DNA of 57,061 nucleotides, taken from the NCBI GenBank assembly GCA_049515895.1, contig JBEKTQ010000027.1, positions 1 through 57,061 on the forward strand. The letters are read 5' to 3'. Below, piece after piece: positions 30,468 through 40,550 of the stretch. Each line of letters opens with the position of its first letter. Position 1 is the stretch's first letter. Origin of the DNA: Candidatus Bathyarchaeia archaeon. Lineage in GTDB: Archaea; Thermoproteota; Bathyarchaeia; Bathyarchaeales; Bathycorpusculaceae. The position numbers and the translations under genes were made by a program. Under the pieces are notes generated by a model. That model saw only the letters and a program-made list of their open reading frames with translations. It was not told the DNA's origin and ran no database searches.

Positions 30468-30560
30468 AGCAGCGCGAAACAAGCTGGACGGAAATTCCTC
30501 TGCTTGTAGAGGTACCACATTATTGTGACAAAAAATAACAAGAAAAAATGAAGGCAGCCC

Positions 30561-30956
30561 TTACTCCTTTTTGTCAGGGATAAAATCCATGGAAATGGAG
30601 TTCACGCAGTGCCTAGTGTCTTTTTTAGTAAAGTGCTCTCCCGTGAAAACATGACCCAAGTGGGCTCCGCAGTTGGCGCATTGAATCTCCGTCCTCATCC
30701 CGTCAGGGTCAGGCAGACGCCGAACTGCACCTGGAATTTCATCGTCGAAGCTTGGCCACCCACAGTTCGCTTCAAACTTGTTTTCTGATCGGTAAAGCGG
30801 CGTGCGGCAGCGTTTGCAGACATAGGTGCCTTTGTCCCAAAACGCAAAGTATTTGCCTGTGAAGGGGGACTCGGTGCCTTTATCCACAATGACATGTTCC
30901 TCTTGAGGGGTAAGCTTAACTATTGGTTTCTGAGAAGAAGCAGACACAAAAATCAC
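30561..30956 (-). CDS. msrB: Methionine-R-sulfoxide reductase
   Basis: [35 protein letters not shown]. Confidence 0.95.
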   Translation of the reverse strand: MIFVSASSQKPIVKLTPQEEHVIVDKGTESPFTGKYFAFWDKGTYVCKRCRTPLYRSENKFEANCGWPSFDDEIPGAVRRLPDPDGMRTEIQCANCGAHLGHVFTGEHFTKKDTRHCVNSISMDFIPDKKE

Positions 30957-31055
30957 AGTTTAAAATATGTCTTGGCGTGTAAAAAGGCTTCTGTAAGACT
31001 TTGTGCCCGACAAGCAAATATAGGCGTTCTCAAATTACCTTATTGGTTTTCATGT

Positions 31056-31337
31056 ATGGTTGAAATTACTAGGGTCTTTTGGAAAAGAGCTTTCACCTCT
31101 GACGGTTTTTTGCTAGGCGAAATAGAAAGCGCTGAAGTCGACATGACCACTTGGCAGGTAACGAGCCTCTACGTTGCCCTAACTGATGAAGCAACGAAGT
31201 CGCTGGGATTTAAAGTACCGTTTCTCGGCAAAGTGGTCGTTTGCCTCCCCGTGTCTACAATCAAAATAATCCAGGATACCGCTGTCTTAAACAAATCCAT
31301 GGCTGAACTACGCGACCTTAAACAATGCAAAGAATAA
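31056..31337 (+). CDS. PRC-barrel domain protein
   Basis: TSDGFLLGEI..VDMTTWQVTSL..LPVSTI. Confidence 0.75.
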   Translation: MVEITRVFWKRAFTSDGFLLGEIESAEVDMTTWQVTSLYVALTDEATKSLGFKVPFLGKVVVCLPVSTIKIIQDTAVLNKSMAELRDLKQCKE

Positions 31338-31393
31338 CAGTATTTTTAACCCGTTTTTTTGAAAAATACAAGAGTAAATCCACGGCGGCCACA

Positions 31394-31690
31394 TTAGTCG
31401 ATGGCCCAAAAACGCTCGCCTACCCTTTTATTTTCGGTTTGACTTGTACGTCGTCCACGCAGGCAAAACGAGAGTAGAGCACCAAAAACAGCTACTAAAA
31501 CAATAATCCACGCGGCAACTGTAAGCGGCGACGGTAGTGACGACGACTTGACGGAGGGGGCAGCCTGTGAGGGGGAGGTTGGCTGTGACAGGACTGAAGG
31601 ATTGGATGGGGAATTGGCACGGACAAGCACGATGTCGCTCAATGCTGTTACCATGAGCATAAGGAGCAGCGCGATGACGGGCTTCTTCAT
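31394..31690 (-). CDS. Small secreted/membrane-anchored Ser/Pro-rich protein
   Basis: Signal peptide, SP-rich linker, C-terminal TM helix. Confidence 0.6.
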   Translation of the reverse strand: MKKPVIALLLMLMVTALSDIVLVRANSPSNPSVLSQPTSPSQAAPSVKSSSLPSPLTVAAWIIVLVAVFGALLSFCLRGRRTSQTENKRVGERFWAID

Positions 31691-31743
31691 TTTTCCACTG
31701 TTCTTAGGGGCGTTTCTTGCCGATAAAAGCCTTATTGTCAACA

Positions 31744-31794
31744 TTTCTTGACTAAACTGTTATTTTTTAGTCAAGGTTTCTTGACTGAACGGTT
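31744..31794. promoter_or_regulatory. Three CTTGACT(A/G)AA sites in alternating orientation upstream of radA
   Basis: CTTGACTAAA 31747, TTTAGTCAAG 31766, CTTGACTGAA 31780; outer 18-mers 16/18 identical and 33 bp apart. Confidence 0.5.
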
Positions 31795-31856
31795 GGGATA
31801 TGAAATGTCACTTTCAGTAACCTCTCCACTATGCAATCTGTCTTGTTGTTCGGTTA

Positions 31857-31893
31857 TTTTAAATACCCAACATTACACATGTTGCAACGTGTG
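31857..31893 (+). promoter_or_regulatory. radA TATA-like box plus an 18-bp palindrome over the expected TSS
   Basis: TTTTAAATA 31857-31865; CACATGTTGCAACGTGTG 31876-31893 (8 of 9 pairs). Confidence 0.5.
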
Positions 31894-31899
31894 AAACCA

Positions 31900-32943
31900 A
31901 TGACTGAAGAAGATGAAGAAGACCAAAACCAGGAAACCTCAGAGCAACAGACTGAAGCGAGCAAGCCAAAATATGAGTTCATAGAGGACCTGCCAGGGGT
32001 CGGACCAGCCACTGCGCAAAAGCTCCGAGAACTCGGCTACCATACAGTGGAATCCTTAGCCATGGCCACTTCGCGAGAACTGGAGCCGGTTGGAGTAAGC
32101 GAGAAAAAAGCCTTCCAAATCATACAAGCAGCACGCTCGGCCATCGGCGTGTCATTCATCCGTGCAGATGAGCTTTTCAAGATGCGAAAAAACGTTTTGC
32201 GCCTAACAACGGGCAGCAAAGCCTTAGACAAGGTGCTTGACGGCGGAATAGAAACTCAGACCATAACAGAGTTTTACGGCGAATACGGCAGTGGGAAAAG
32301 CCAAATCTGCCACCAACTTTGCGTCAACGTCCAGTTGCCTCCTGAGAGAGGCGGACTCAACGGTGCAGCATTATATGTAGACACAGAAAACACTTTCAGG
32401 CTTGAACGCATCGTGCAGATGTCCAGGTTTTTAGGTTTAGACCCTGATACAGTGGTGAAAAACATCATTTACGCTGAAGCTTACACCTCAGATCATCAAA
32501 TGTTCCTTCTGGAAAACGCAGATGAAATAATCAAAGCAAACAACATTAAACTGATCATAGTTGACTCGTTAACGGCGCATTTCCGAAGCGAATACCTCGG
32601 AAGAGAAATGCTGGCTTCAAGACAACAGAAACTCAACAAACACATGCACAAACTGATCGGTTTAGCACGGGCATTCAACGCCGTGGCGGTTGTAACTAAC
32701 CAGGTGATGGCCAAGCCAGACCAATTCTTCGGCGACGCAATCCACCCCATCGGCGGAAACATCGTGGGACACACGAGTCACACACGCCTTTACCTAAGAA
32801 AGGCACCGCATGGTCCAATACGAATTGCAAGGCTAGTTTCAAGCCCATATTTGCCCGAGGGAGAGGAAATACTTAAAGTAACCGAGAACGGAATAGAAGA
32901 TGTCTCTGAAGAAGAGAAAGCAACCAAAACCCGCGGACGCTAA
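31900..32943 (+). CDS. radA: DNA repair and recombination protein RadA
   Basis: HhH LPGVGPATA, GEYGSGKSQ, YVDTENTFR, IIVDSLTAHFRSEY, RQQKLN, GGNIVGH. Confidence 0.98.
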   Translation: MTEEDEEDQNQETSEQQTEASKPKYEFIEDLPGVGPATAQKLRELGYHTVESLAMATSRELEPVGVSEKKAFQIIQAARSAIGVSFIRADELFKMRKNVLRLTTGSKALDKVLDGGIETQTITEFYGEYGSGKSQICHQLCVNVQLPPERGGLNGAALYVDTENTFRLERIVQMSRFLGLDPDTVVKNIIYAEAYTSDHQMFLLENADEIIKANNIKLIIVDSLTAHFRSEYLGREMLASRQQKLNKHMHKLIGLARAFNAVAVVTNQVMAKPDQFFGDAIHPIGGNIVGHTSHTRLYLRKAPHGPIRIARLVSSPYLPEGEEILKVTENGIEDVSEEEKATKTRGR

Positions 32944-32946
32944 AAC

Positions 32947-33405
32947 ATGCCGATTTCACAAGCCTTAGTGACACGGTACTTTCAACTCATAATAAGCAGG
33001 CAATTCAGCGAAGCAGAACGAGAGTTGGAACGGGTAAAGCAGAAAATGCAAAAAACCGAGTGGAACAGGGGATACTTCCGAGCGCTTTACGGCATTTACC
33101 TTGCACGGAAAAACAGCGCTACCGACGACTACACGTTTCTTTCAAAAATCGACCTAAGCGACAAAGTAGCCCTGCACAACTACAGGAAAGAGTTTCTTGA
33201 ACACATGGGCAACGGTTTGCACGGAGACTTCGACCGCGGATATTTCTCAGCATGGGCAGACTGCATGCGAATCCTAACACGTATGGACATTGGAGCACCG
33301 CAAAACGGAAATGAAAAAGTAAACGACGAAGAAAAAATAGAAACCCTGCGAAGCGATAAGAGCCAAGCTACCATCGCCAATTTCCTGCAGAAAAGCAAAG
33401 AATAA
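32947..33405 (+). CDS. Hypothetical protein co-transcribed with radA
   Basis: Starts 3 nt after radA; repeated W/FxRGYF motif. Confidence 0.8.
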   Translation: MPISQALVTRYFQLIISRQFSEAERELERVKQKMQKTEWNRGYFRALYGIYLARKNSATDDYTFLSKIDLSDKVALHNYRKEFLEHMGNGLHGDFDRGYFSAWADCMRILTRMDIGAPQNGNEKVNDEEKIETLRSDKSQATIANFLQKSKE

Positions 33406-33419
33406 TTTTTTCAGAAAAA

Positions 33420-33710
33420 TTACGCGTAGATTTTGAATAATGTGAAGAATAAGACGAAGAAGGGCAGCCAAGCGAAGAAATACATTACTATTCCTGTGCT
33501 AAGTACTTTTGATTGTTTTTCTATCTTTTTTGCGAATATTGCCTTCAGCGGATAGTAAGACGCCAAATAAACAAGAAGGGCAATCGTGAAACTGTCAATC
33601 AAGCTGCTCAGTTCGTTTAAGGGCAAGTACAAAGCCAACGTTGCACTTATGACTGCCGAAACTACTCCCAACGAAACTCGAATCCAATAAAGCTGCACTA
33701 TAGGCGTCAT
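33420..33710 (-). CDS. EMC6-like (Rab5ip-family-like) three-TM membrane protein
   Basis: LYWIRVSLG..; ..LLVYLASYY..K; ..STGIVMYFFAW..LFFT pattern. Confidence 0.6.
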   Translation of the reverse strand: MTPIVQLYWIRVSLGVVSAVISATLALYLPLNELSSLIDSFTIALLVYLASYYPLKAIFAKKIEKQSKVLSTGIVMYFFAWLPFFVLFFTLFKIYA

Positions 33711-33876
33711 GTCTTATGTAACCTTTGGCAATGTATATTTTGTCCTTACTTAAAAAACATGTCTAGGTATAAATCGTTTCTGCCTTCGAAAACTCAACGT
33801 CTGCGCAAATACATGTCTGTGAAAAGGTTTTATTACAAACAAGTTATTTGTTAAAACCAACCATGATGATGCGGGC

Positions 33877-35934
33877 ATGGGCAAAAAAGAATTCACAAGC
33901 TTCGACATTGCAGCCACCATCAAAGAACTAAAGCAGGTGATAACCGATTCCAGAGTGAATAACATCTACCAGCTAGACGAGAAAACCCTGGTTTTCAAGC
34001 TTCATAAAACTGATTCGCCGCCCATAAGACTTATCATGGAAGCAGGCAGGAGATTGCACTCCACCGTCTACGCGCCTGAGAGCCCCGCTGTCCCGCCGGA
34101 GTTTTGCATGTCGCTAAGAAAGTATCTACGTAGCGCATGGCTCATAGGTATAGACCAGTACGAGTTTGAACGGATCGTAACCTTGACCTTCAGAACTAAA
34201 GATGGCCTACTCAAGCTGACCGCCGAGCTTTTCGGAGAAGGCAATCTAATCCTAGCAAACGAGACAAACCAGATCCTGCAGGCTTTGTTCTTTAAGCGCA
34301 TGCGCGACCGAAACATTCTGCGAAACGAAACCTTGGTGCTTCCTCCTCCAAGCGGCAAAAACCCCTTCAGACTTTCTTTACCTGAACTGCAGGACGGCTT
34401 GGAAAAGGCAGGTGAAGCCGAAGTGGTGAGGGCGATGGCACGTTATTTAGGAATCGGCGGAGTCTACGCGGAAGAGATGTTGCTTAGGGCAAGGGTGGAT
34501 AAATCCAAGCCGTGCAAAAACTTAACTGCCGAGGAAGCCCAAGGAATTTTTGATGAACTTCAAGGTTTGCTTTCTAAGCTTACAAAGGGCAATTTGGAGC
34601 CGAACATAGTTCTTGATCAAGACGGAAGCTTCTTGGATGTTGTTCCTCTCAAGCTTAAACGTTATGAAGGCTTCAAAACTCAGGATTACAAGAATTTCAA
34701 CGAGGCATCGGATGAATTCTTCCTTCGAGTAACAGCCGCCGAAAAAGCGCTGGCCAGTGTCGAAGTTGGCAAACTTAAGCAGGAAGCTGAAAGGCTCAAA
34801 CGGATAGTCGCCGACCAAGAAAAATCCATAAGTCAAGAAGAGAAAAAAACTGAAGTCGACAAAGAAATTGGCAACACCATCTACAGCCACTTAAACGAAC
34901 TCCAAACCTTCACGGAATCGCTGCTGAAGGCAAACAGGGAAGGAAAAGACTGGAACACAATAGTATCCGAGATTTTGGAGGCCAAGAAAGGTGCCAAAAC
35001 ACCCGAGGCTTGGGTTGAATCTTTTGATGGTCGAAACCTCGCGTTGAACATGAGTATTGATAACTTGCACATCAGCATTAACTTGCGTCACTCGCTTTTC
35101 GAAAACGCCAATGAATACTACGAGCGTGGTAAAAAGGCAAAACAGAAAACCGCTGGAGCCCAAGCGGCACTAGGGGAGTCGAAGAAACGTTTAGTTCAAA
35201 TCGAAAAAGAGCTAAGAAGAGCCGAGGAGTTGAAGACCCTGAAGCCAATGGAGATTATGGAAGCGCTCGCTAAACGCAAGTTAGAGCGGGAGAATAAGGA
35301 ATGGTACGAAAAATTCCGTTGGTTCACCTCTTCCGACGGTTTCTTGGTGGTTGCAGGTAAAGACACGGTAAGCAACGAAGTACTCATAAAAAAATACACT
35401 ACCCAAGATGACGTTGTGTTTCACGCTGAAATTTCAGGAGCACCATTTACGGTTGTAAAGTCAGAGGGCAAAATCATACCCGAACAAACGCTTCGTGAAG
35501 CCGGCGAGTTCGCCGCTTCCTTTTCCCGTGCCTGGCGAGAAAACGCAGGTTCAGCCGACGTCTACTGGGTCAAAGTCGACCAGCTCAGCAAAAGCGGCCC
35601 TTCAGGCGAATCCGTTCCCCATGGTGCCTTCGCAGTAGTCGGCAAACGCAACTGGACAAGAGGTGTACCGCTCAAGGTCGCTGTAGGTGCAGTCATCAAC
35701 GAGGAAACCAGCTTTATCGGTGGACCCATCGAATCAGTGAAAGCAAAGACCAAAGCCTACGTTGTCTTGATGCCGGGCGACTACATGGGCAAGGAGCTTC
35801 TTCAACGGGTCCTTAGATCGCTGATGCTCAAGTTGCCGAAGGAGCAACGGGAAAAATCTGGGAAGACTTCAATTGAGCAAATCAGAGAGTTTGTGCCCTA
35901 CACAAAGGGAACAATAGATGAAAAGTCAAAATAG
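33877..35934 (+). CDS. rqcH: Ribosome quality-control protein Rqc2/NEMF/RqcH (FbpA/NFACT family)
   Basis: FCMSLRKYL, ELFGEGNLIL, WYEKFRWF, AGKD..NE, FHAE..GAP, SKSGPSGE. Confidence 0.95.
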   Translation: MGKKEFTSFDIAATIKELKQVITDSRVNNIYQLDEKTLVFKLHKTDSPPIRLIMEAGRRLHSTVYAPESPAVPPEFCMSLRKYLRSAWLIGIDQYEFERIVTLTFRTKDGLLKLTAELFGEGNLILANETNQILQALFFKRMRDRNILRNETLVLPPPSGKNPFRLSLPELQDGLEKAGEAEVVRAMARYLGIGGVYAEEMLLRARVDKSKPCKNLTAEEAQGIFDELQGLLSKLTKGNLEPNIVLDQDGSFLDVVPLKLKRYEGFKTQDYKNFNEASDEFFLRVTAAEKALASVEVGKLKQEAERLKRIVADQEKSISQEEKKTEVDKEIGNTIYSHLNELQTFTESLLKANREGKDWNTIVSEILEAKKGAKTPEAWVESFDGRNLALNMSIDNLHISINLRHSLFENANEYYERGKKAKQKTAGAQAALGESKKRLVQIEKELRRAEELKTLKPMEIMEALAKRKLERENKEWYEKFRWFTSSDGFLVVAGKDTVSNEVLIKKYTTQDDVVFHAEISGAPFTVVKSEGKIIPEQTLREAGEFAASFSRAWRENAGSADVYWVKVDQLSKSGPSGESVPHGAFAVVGKRNWTRGVPLKVAVGAVINEETSFIGGPIESVKAKTKAYVVLMPGDYMGKELLQRVLRSLMLKLPKEQREKSGKTSIEQIREFVPYTKGTIDEKSK

Positions 35935-35999
35935 ATACCGCTTGCTAGGTTGCGGAAAATATAGAAAAGAAAAAGGGTTAGATTAACTCCGAAATGAGT

Positions 36000-36512
36000 T
36001 TATTTGGATTTGGCTTCTGCTTCTGCCGCTTGGAACAGGTTTTTGACGGCTTTCTGCCGGTATTTCTGCGCTAGTGTTTCGGCGGTAACGTAGGTCAATG
36101 CTTCTTCGGGGCACCATTTGACGCATTGTGGCTCCTTTGTGTCGTTGTCTGTGCAGCTGTTGCATGTGAAGACGATTTTCTTTTCCGGATGCATGTTCAT
36201 GGCGCCGAATTGGCATGCGCTGATGCACCATCCGCAGCCGTTGCATGCGTTCTCGTCAACACGGATTATTCCTGAGTCGTCTTCTTGGCTTAGGGCGTCT
36301 CTTGGGCAAGCCGCAACGCAAGCCGGGTCTTCGCAGTGTCTGCATGTGATTGCCATGTTTATGAGCGGCCCCATTCTCATGGCGCGTATTCGAGATTTAG
36401 TCGGGTTGAAGGTTTTCTCGTTAACCATGCTGCAAGCGTATTCGCAGACAACGCAGCCGATGCATTTCTCTGGGTCAGCTGTCACGAATTTTCTGTCTTG
36501 TGGTCGAACCAT
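36000..36512 (-). CDS. 4Fe-4S dicluster protein (AOR partner subunit)
   Basis: Four Cys clusters including CIGCVVCEYAC, CRHCEDPACVAACP, CNGCGWCISAC. Confidence 0.93.
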   Translation of the reverse strand: MVRPQDRKFVTADPEKCIGCVVCEYACSMVNEKTFNPTKSRIRAMRMGPLINMAITCRHCEDPACVAACPRDALSQEDDSGIIRVDENACNGCGWCISACQFGAMNMHPEKKIVFTCNSCTDNDTKEPQCVKWCPEEALTYVTAETLAQKYRQKAVKNLFQAAEAEAKSK

Positions 36513-36513
36513 T

Positions 36514-38433
36514 TTAGTTTCCTCCTTGAGCCATTGCTTCAGGGGCAGCTTGAGGCTTAGCTTCTGCGGCAGCTTTCATTGCGTCTTCGGCAATGTAAGC
36601 TAAGTCACCGAGGCCTACCTGTTGCAGGCGTTCAACCGTTGGGATGCCGTCGACTGTCCATCCTCTTGAAGCGTAGTAGTCATCTAATCCGACTGCCATT
36701 TCTTCGTCGTTTACGCAGGCGCCTTTGGCTGGTCCTTCATCTGGGACTGGGAAATGCTTTATTTTGTATGGTACATCGTCGTATTTGCGTGTGCCTTTGC
36801 CTTCTCGGATGTTGAAGAGTCGTGCCAAGTTTTCGATTCTGTCTCCGTCTTTAATCATTTCTTCAGGTGTGATTGGGATTCCTGTTGCCAATGTGTAGTA
36901 GTTGGTTAGGTCTTTCCAGCCGTCGTAGTATGTGCCCCTGCTGAACTTGCAGACGATGAGTGAGTCGATAATGTTGTACATGTAGCTTTCGTCAGTGATG
37001 ATTTTGCCTCTGCCTTTCTCAATCTTGAACCGGTTTACTTTGCCTTTTACGTCAGGTGAGTAAGCGCCGTTTCTGAGGTGGCATGCTCCACGGAACGATA
37101 CACTAAAGCCCAATGCAGCTGTCTTTAAGGTTCTCAGGTCGTAGCCTGGCAGCTCTAAGCCTTTGATGTGGCAAGCATATTTGTACGCGTCTCCGCCGAT
37201 GATTTCTGCGGCCCTTGCTACACCTTCAGCAAGTGCATTGCCTAGCCAGCCTTCACGTTTACCAATTTTGTGAATTATGGCGATTAATGCTTCAGCGTTG
37301 CCGAATTTGAGGTCAATTCCGTCAGTTTGTTCCTTTGTGATAATACCGTGTTCATAGAGGTCCATTGCGAATGCAACGACGACACCGATGGATATGCCAT
37401 CCATACCGTATTCGTTTACAATGCGCATTGCTTCAATAATTGCGTCTAACCTGTCTACGCCGCACAGTGGTCCCATGCTCCAAAGACACTCGAATTCAAG
37501 CCTTGAAGTTGAGCCCTTGTATGGTCCTTCTGGAACAACGCCGATGTGGTCGCAACGCATACCGCAAGTTGCGCAGCCGACGATTTTCTTAACATAATGC
37601 TCGTTAAAGTATTCGCCGCTGACTTTGTCGGCGCCTTCAAAAGTTGCGTTCGTCCAGTTCCTCGTAGCCAGCGCTGAGAGTGAATTGAGGACAAGAACGT
37701 TTTCGGGTGTTCCCAAGGTTTTATATTTCTTGGTTGATGGACCCTTCATGCGTTCATAAATAAGTTTAACGAATTCTTTGAAGCCGTCAAGGTTTGCAAC
37801 GTTAACGTCATGTGTTCCTCGAACAGCAACTGCTTTGAGATTTTTAGAGCCCATGACTCCACCCATGCCGCTTCTTCCTATGGCACGGAACTCGTCATTT
37901 ATGATCGCGGCAAACCTGCAAAGTTTCTCGCCAGCTTCGCCGATGGCTGAAACTCTGATGTAGAAGTCGCCTAGTTCAGCTCGGATTTTATCATCAGTTT
38001 CCTTGACTGTTGCGCTCTTTAGGTACTCAGCGTTTCTGATTTCAACTTTGTCATCGTCAACCCACAAGTAAGAAAGCTTCGGAGCTTTCCCAGTGATGAC
38101 GATAGCGTCGTATCCTGCGCGTTTCAGGTCTGGACCAAAGAAGCCGTGGGCTTCCGCATTACCAATACCGCCCGTGGCCGGAGATTTGGACACGACGGCG
38201 TAGCTGTTTCCGCCTGTTGGGCCCATGGTGCCGCTGAGTGGACCTGTTAAATAGATTATTGGGTTATCAGGGGCATAAGCGTCAGTTCCTGGTTTGGAAT
38301 TGTCAAAAAGCAGGCGGATGCCTAAGCCTATGCCGCCGATATAATCTTTCGCCATCTGTTCTGATAATGGCTCGTTTCTCATTTCCCCAGTTGTGAGGTT
38401 AACATGTAAAATCTTTCCTGCGTAAGCAAACAT
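36514..38433 (-). CDS. aor: Aldehyde:ferredoxin oxidoreductase (tungsten-pterin)
   Basis: YIGGIG, SKSPATGG, GRSGMGGVMGSKNLKAV, CATCGMRC, KGLELPGYD, RGACH. Confidence 0.95.
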   Translation of the reverse strand: MFAYAGKILHVNLTTGEMRNEPLSEQMAKDYIGGIGLGIRLLFDNSKPGTDAYAPDNPIIYLTGPLSGTMGPTGGNSYAVVSKSPATGGIGNAEAHGFFGPDLKRAGYDAIVITGKAPKLSYLWVDDDKVEIRNAEYLKSATVKETDDKIRAELGDFYIRVSAIGEAGEKLCRFAAIINDEFRAIGRSGMGGVMGSKNLKAVAVRGTHDVNVANLDGFKEFVKLIYERMKGPSTKKYKTLGTPENVLVLNSLSALATRNWTNATFEGADKVSGEYFNEHYVKKIVGCATCGMRCDHIGVVPEGPYKGSTSRLEFECLWSMGPLCGVDRLDAIIEAMRIVNEYGMDGISIGVVVAFAMDLYEHGIITKEQTDGIDLKFGNAEALIAIIHKIGKREGWLGNALAEGVARAAEIIGGDAYKYACHIKGLELPGYDLRTLKTAALGFSVSFRGACHLRNGAYSPDVKGKVNRFKIEKGRGKIITDESYMYNIIDSLIVCKFSRGTYYDGWKDLTNYYTLATGIPITPEEMIKDGDRIENLARLFNIREGKGTRKYDDVPYKIKHFPVPDEGPAKGACVNDEEMAVGLDDYYASRGWTVDGIPTVERLQQVGLGDLAYIAEDAMKAAAEAKPQAAPEAMAQGGN

Positions 38434-38606
38434 GATTTTTCCCTCGTTCCTTAGGTAGGGAAGGCAATTAAAAAGTATATTAAGTTAATGGATAATTCTC
38501 TAAAAAATTCACGGCTAAAATCGACCTGTTTTTCCTTGCATAACGCGAAAAAAGAAGCGAAAACTTAAAGCAACCTGAAACCATCTTTTCCTCAGAAGGC
38601 GAAAAA

Positions 38607-39671
38607 ATGAACCGAACCGAAGCCCTAAAAAAATCAGCGGCTGAACATGGCATAGCATGCGACTTTTTGATTTTCAACCCCTTCAACCTAATCTATTTTA
38701 CAGGTCTTTCCGGCGCAGCCGCGCTGCTCATCCCCTGCCAAGGCGAAAACGTCCTTTTTGTCGGAGGAGTCAACTATGAGCAAGCCAAAAACGAAGCCAA
38801 AGGCCTAACGGTTGAGCTCTTAAGGCGGGGCGAGAACTTGATGGAAAAAATCACAAGTCGGGAAAACGCCAAAAAGTACGCCGTAGACGCATTGCCGATT
38901 GAGAGTTGGCGGGCCCTTGCTAAAGCGGTCGGTGGAGAAGAAAAATTGGAACCTGCAAGCAGCCTAATTGCGAAGCTGCGAAGTGTCAAGGATGAAGTGG
39001 AAATCGGGTTGATTCGGGAAGCATGCAAATTGGCGGCTGAGGGCATGCGGGTGGCTTCTGAAGTCGTCCGTCCAGGCGTGAGGGAGAAGGATGTGGCGGC
39101 CGAGGTTGAGTATGCCATGCGGAAGAAAGGTTCAGATGGAACAAGTTTCGACACCATCGTTGCTTCAGGACCGACGTCAGCGTTTCCACATGGGTCCTGC
39201 TCAAGCAGAACGATCGCCGAAGGGGATTTGGTGGTGGTTGATTTAGGCGCAACCTATGGCTACTACCGCTCAGACATGACCCGAACATTCGTTGCGGGAA
39301 AACCTGATGAGCGGCAGATGAAAATCTATGAAACCGTGAAGCAGGCGCATCAGAAAGCCTTCGAAACGATAAAGCCCGGCGTTTCAGCCATAGAAGCTGA
39401 TGCTGCGGCAAGACGAGTGATTGAGGCGGCTGGTTCGGGCGATTTTTTTGTTCATAACCTTGGCCACGGCGTAGGCTTGGAGATTCATGAGGCGCCTGTT
39501 TTGAGCCCTGACAGCAAAGACACCCTGTCAGCGGGGAATGTGGTGACGGATGAGCCTGGAATCTACATCCCAGGCTACGGCGGAGTCAGAATTGAAGACA
39601 CCGTCCTAGTCACCCGATCTGGCGCTGAGAAACTCACCGTTGCCCCCTACCAGGCAGCATGCATAGGCTAA
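38607..39671 (+). CDS. Xaa-Pro peptidase (M24)
   Basis: DLGA..YRSDMTRT, HNLGHGVGLEIHE, EPGIY, GVRIED. Confidence 0.95.
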   Translation: MNRTEALKKSAAEHGIACDFLIFNPFNLIYFTGLSGAAALLIPCQGENVLFVGGVNYEQAKNEAKGLTVELLRRGENLMEKITSRENAKKYAVDALPIESWRALAKAVGGEEKLEPASSLIAKLRSVKDEVEIGLIREACKLAAEGMRVASEVVRPGVREKDVAAEVEYAMRKKGSDGTSFDTIVASGPTSAFPHGSCSSRTIAEGDLVVVDLGATYGYYRSDMTRTFVAGKPDERQMKIYETVKQAHQKAFETIKPGVSAIEADAAARRVIEAAGSGDFFVHNLGHGVGLEIHEAPVLSPDSKDTLSAGNVVTDEPGIYIPGYGGVRIEDTVLVTRSGAEKLTVAPYQAACIG

Positions 39672-39723
39672 GGGAAACCTAAATAGAGTCAGCCTCTCTC
39701 TATTTTTCGAAGCGTGAAACCAG

Positions 39724-40287
39724 TTGGACAGACCCGCCCTCATACTTGTAGATTTGCAGAACGATTTTGTTTCGGGACCGATGAAGGTTGACCGCGCCAT
39801 GGCCATCGTAGCGCCACTTCAAAGACTCGTCACCACCTCCCACCTGAACAACATCCCCGTCGTATACAGTGTCGACTCACATTACCCTCAGGACGTTGAA
39901 GTCGTGATGAAGTGGGGCAAACACGCCATAAAAGGCACCGAGGGCGCGCAGGTCATAGCCGAGTTGAAACCCGACGAAGCCAAAGACTACATCGTCGAGA
40001 AACGGACCTACAGTGGCTTCTTCGAGACCGGTTTAGACTCGCTTCTGCGGAGCCTGTACAGGGGTGAAGGCGCAAAAACCGTGGTCCTCGGCGGCCTACA
40101 TACACAGTTGTGCATACGCCACACCGCAGCCGACGCCTTCTTTCGCGGATACCGAATAGTCGTAGTTAAAGACGGCGTTGAAGCATTCACCAAAGAAGAC
40201 CAAGAGCAAGGCCTAAAGTACCTAGAGCACGTTTATGGCGCAAGAATCTTGCCCGTTGACGAAGTAATATGGGAACTTGTCAGGTAA
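39724..40287 (+). CDS. Isochorismatase / cysteine hydrolase
   Basis: VDLQNDF, KRTYSGF, GLHTQLCIRHTA. Confidence 0.92.
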   Translation: MDRPALILVDLQNDFVSGPMKVDRAMAIVAPLQRLVTTSHLNNIPVVYSVDSHYPQDVEVVMKWGKHAIKGTEGAQVIAELKPDEAKDYIVEKRTYSGFFETGLDSLLRSLYRGEGAKTVVLGGLHTQLCIRHTAADAFFRGYRIVVVKDGVEAFTKEDQEQGLKYLEHVYGARILPVDEVIWELVR

Positions 40288-40388
40288 GCAAACGCGGGGA
40301 GTCTTCGCGCGGTGGAAACTCCGGGAAATTTGTTCTTTGTGTTTTGGGTTGCTTTTTTGGAGTGGGGCTCGAATCGGCTGCAACCGTC

Positions 40389-40428
40389 ATCTAGAAACAT
40401 CTAAAAACATCTAGAAAGATCTAAAAAA
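40389..40428. repeat. 10-bp tandem repeat x4 (ATCTARAAAV)
   Basis: atctagaaac atctaaaaac atctagaaag atctaaaaaa. Confidence 0.85.
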
Positions 40429-40550
40429 ATCGCGGGGAAATGCTTGTCGAGAAGTGGAAGTTGACTTGGTTTTGCGATGTTTGTCGCAGAAATTTGTTCA
40501 TTGTGAAATGGGTTGCTTTCTTGCAGCAAAGCTTGGATTGGTTGCAGGTT

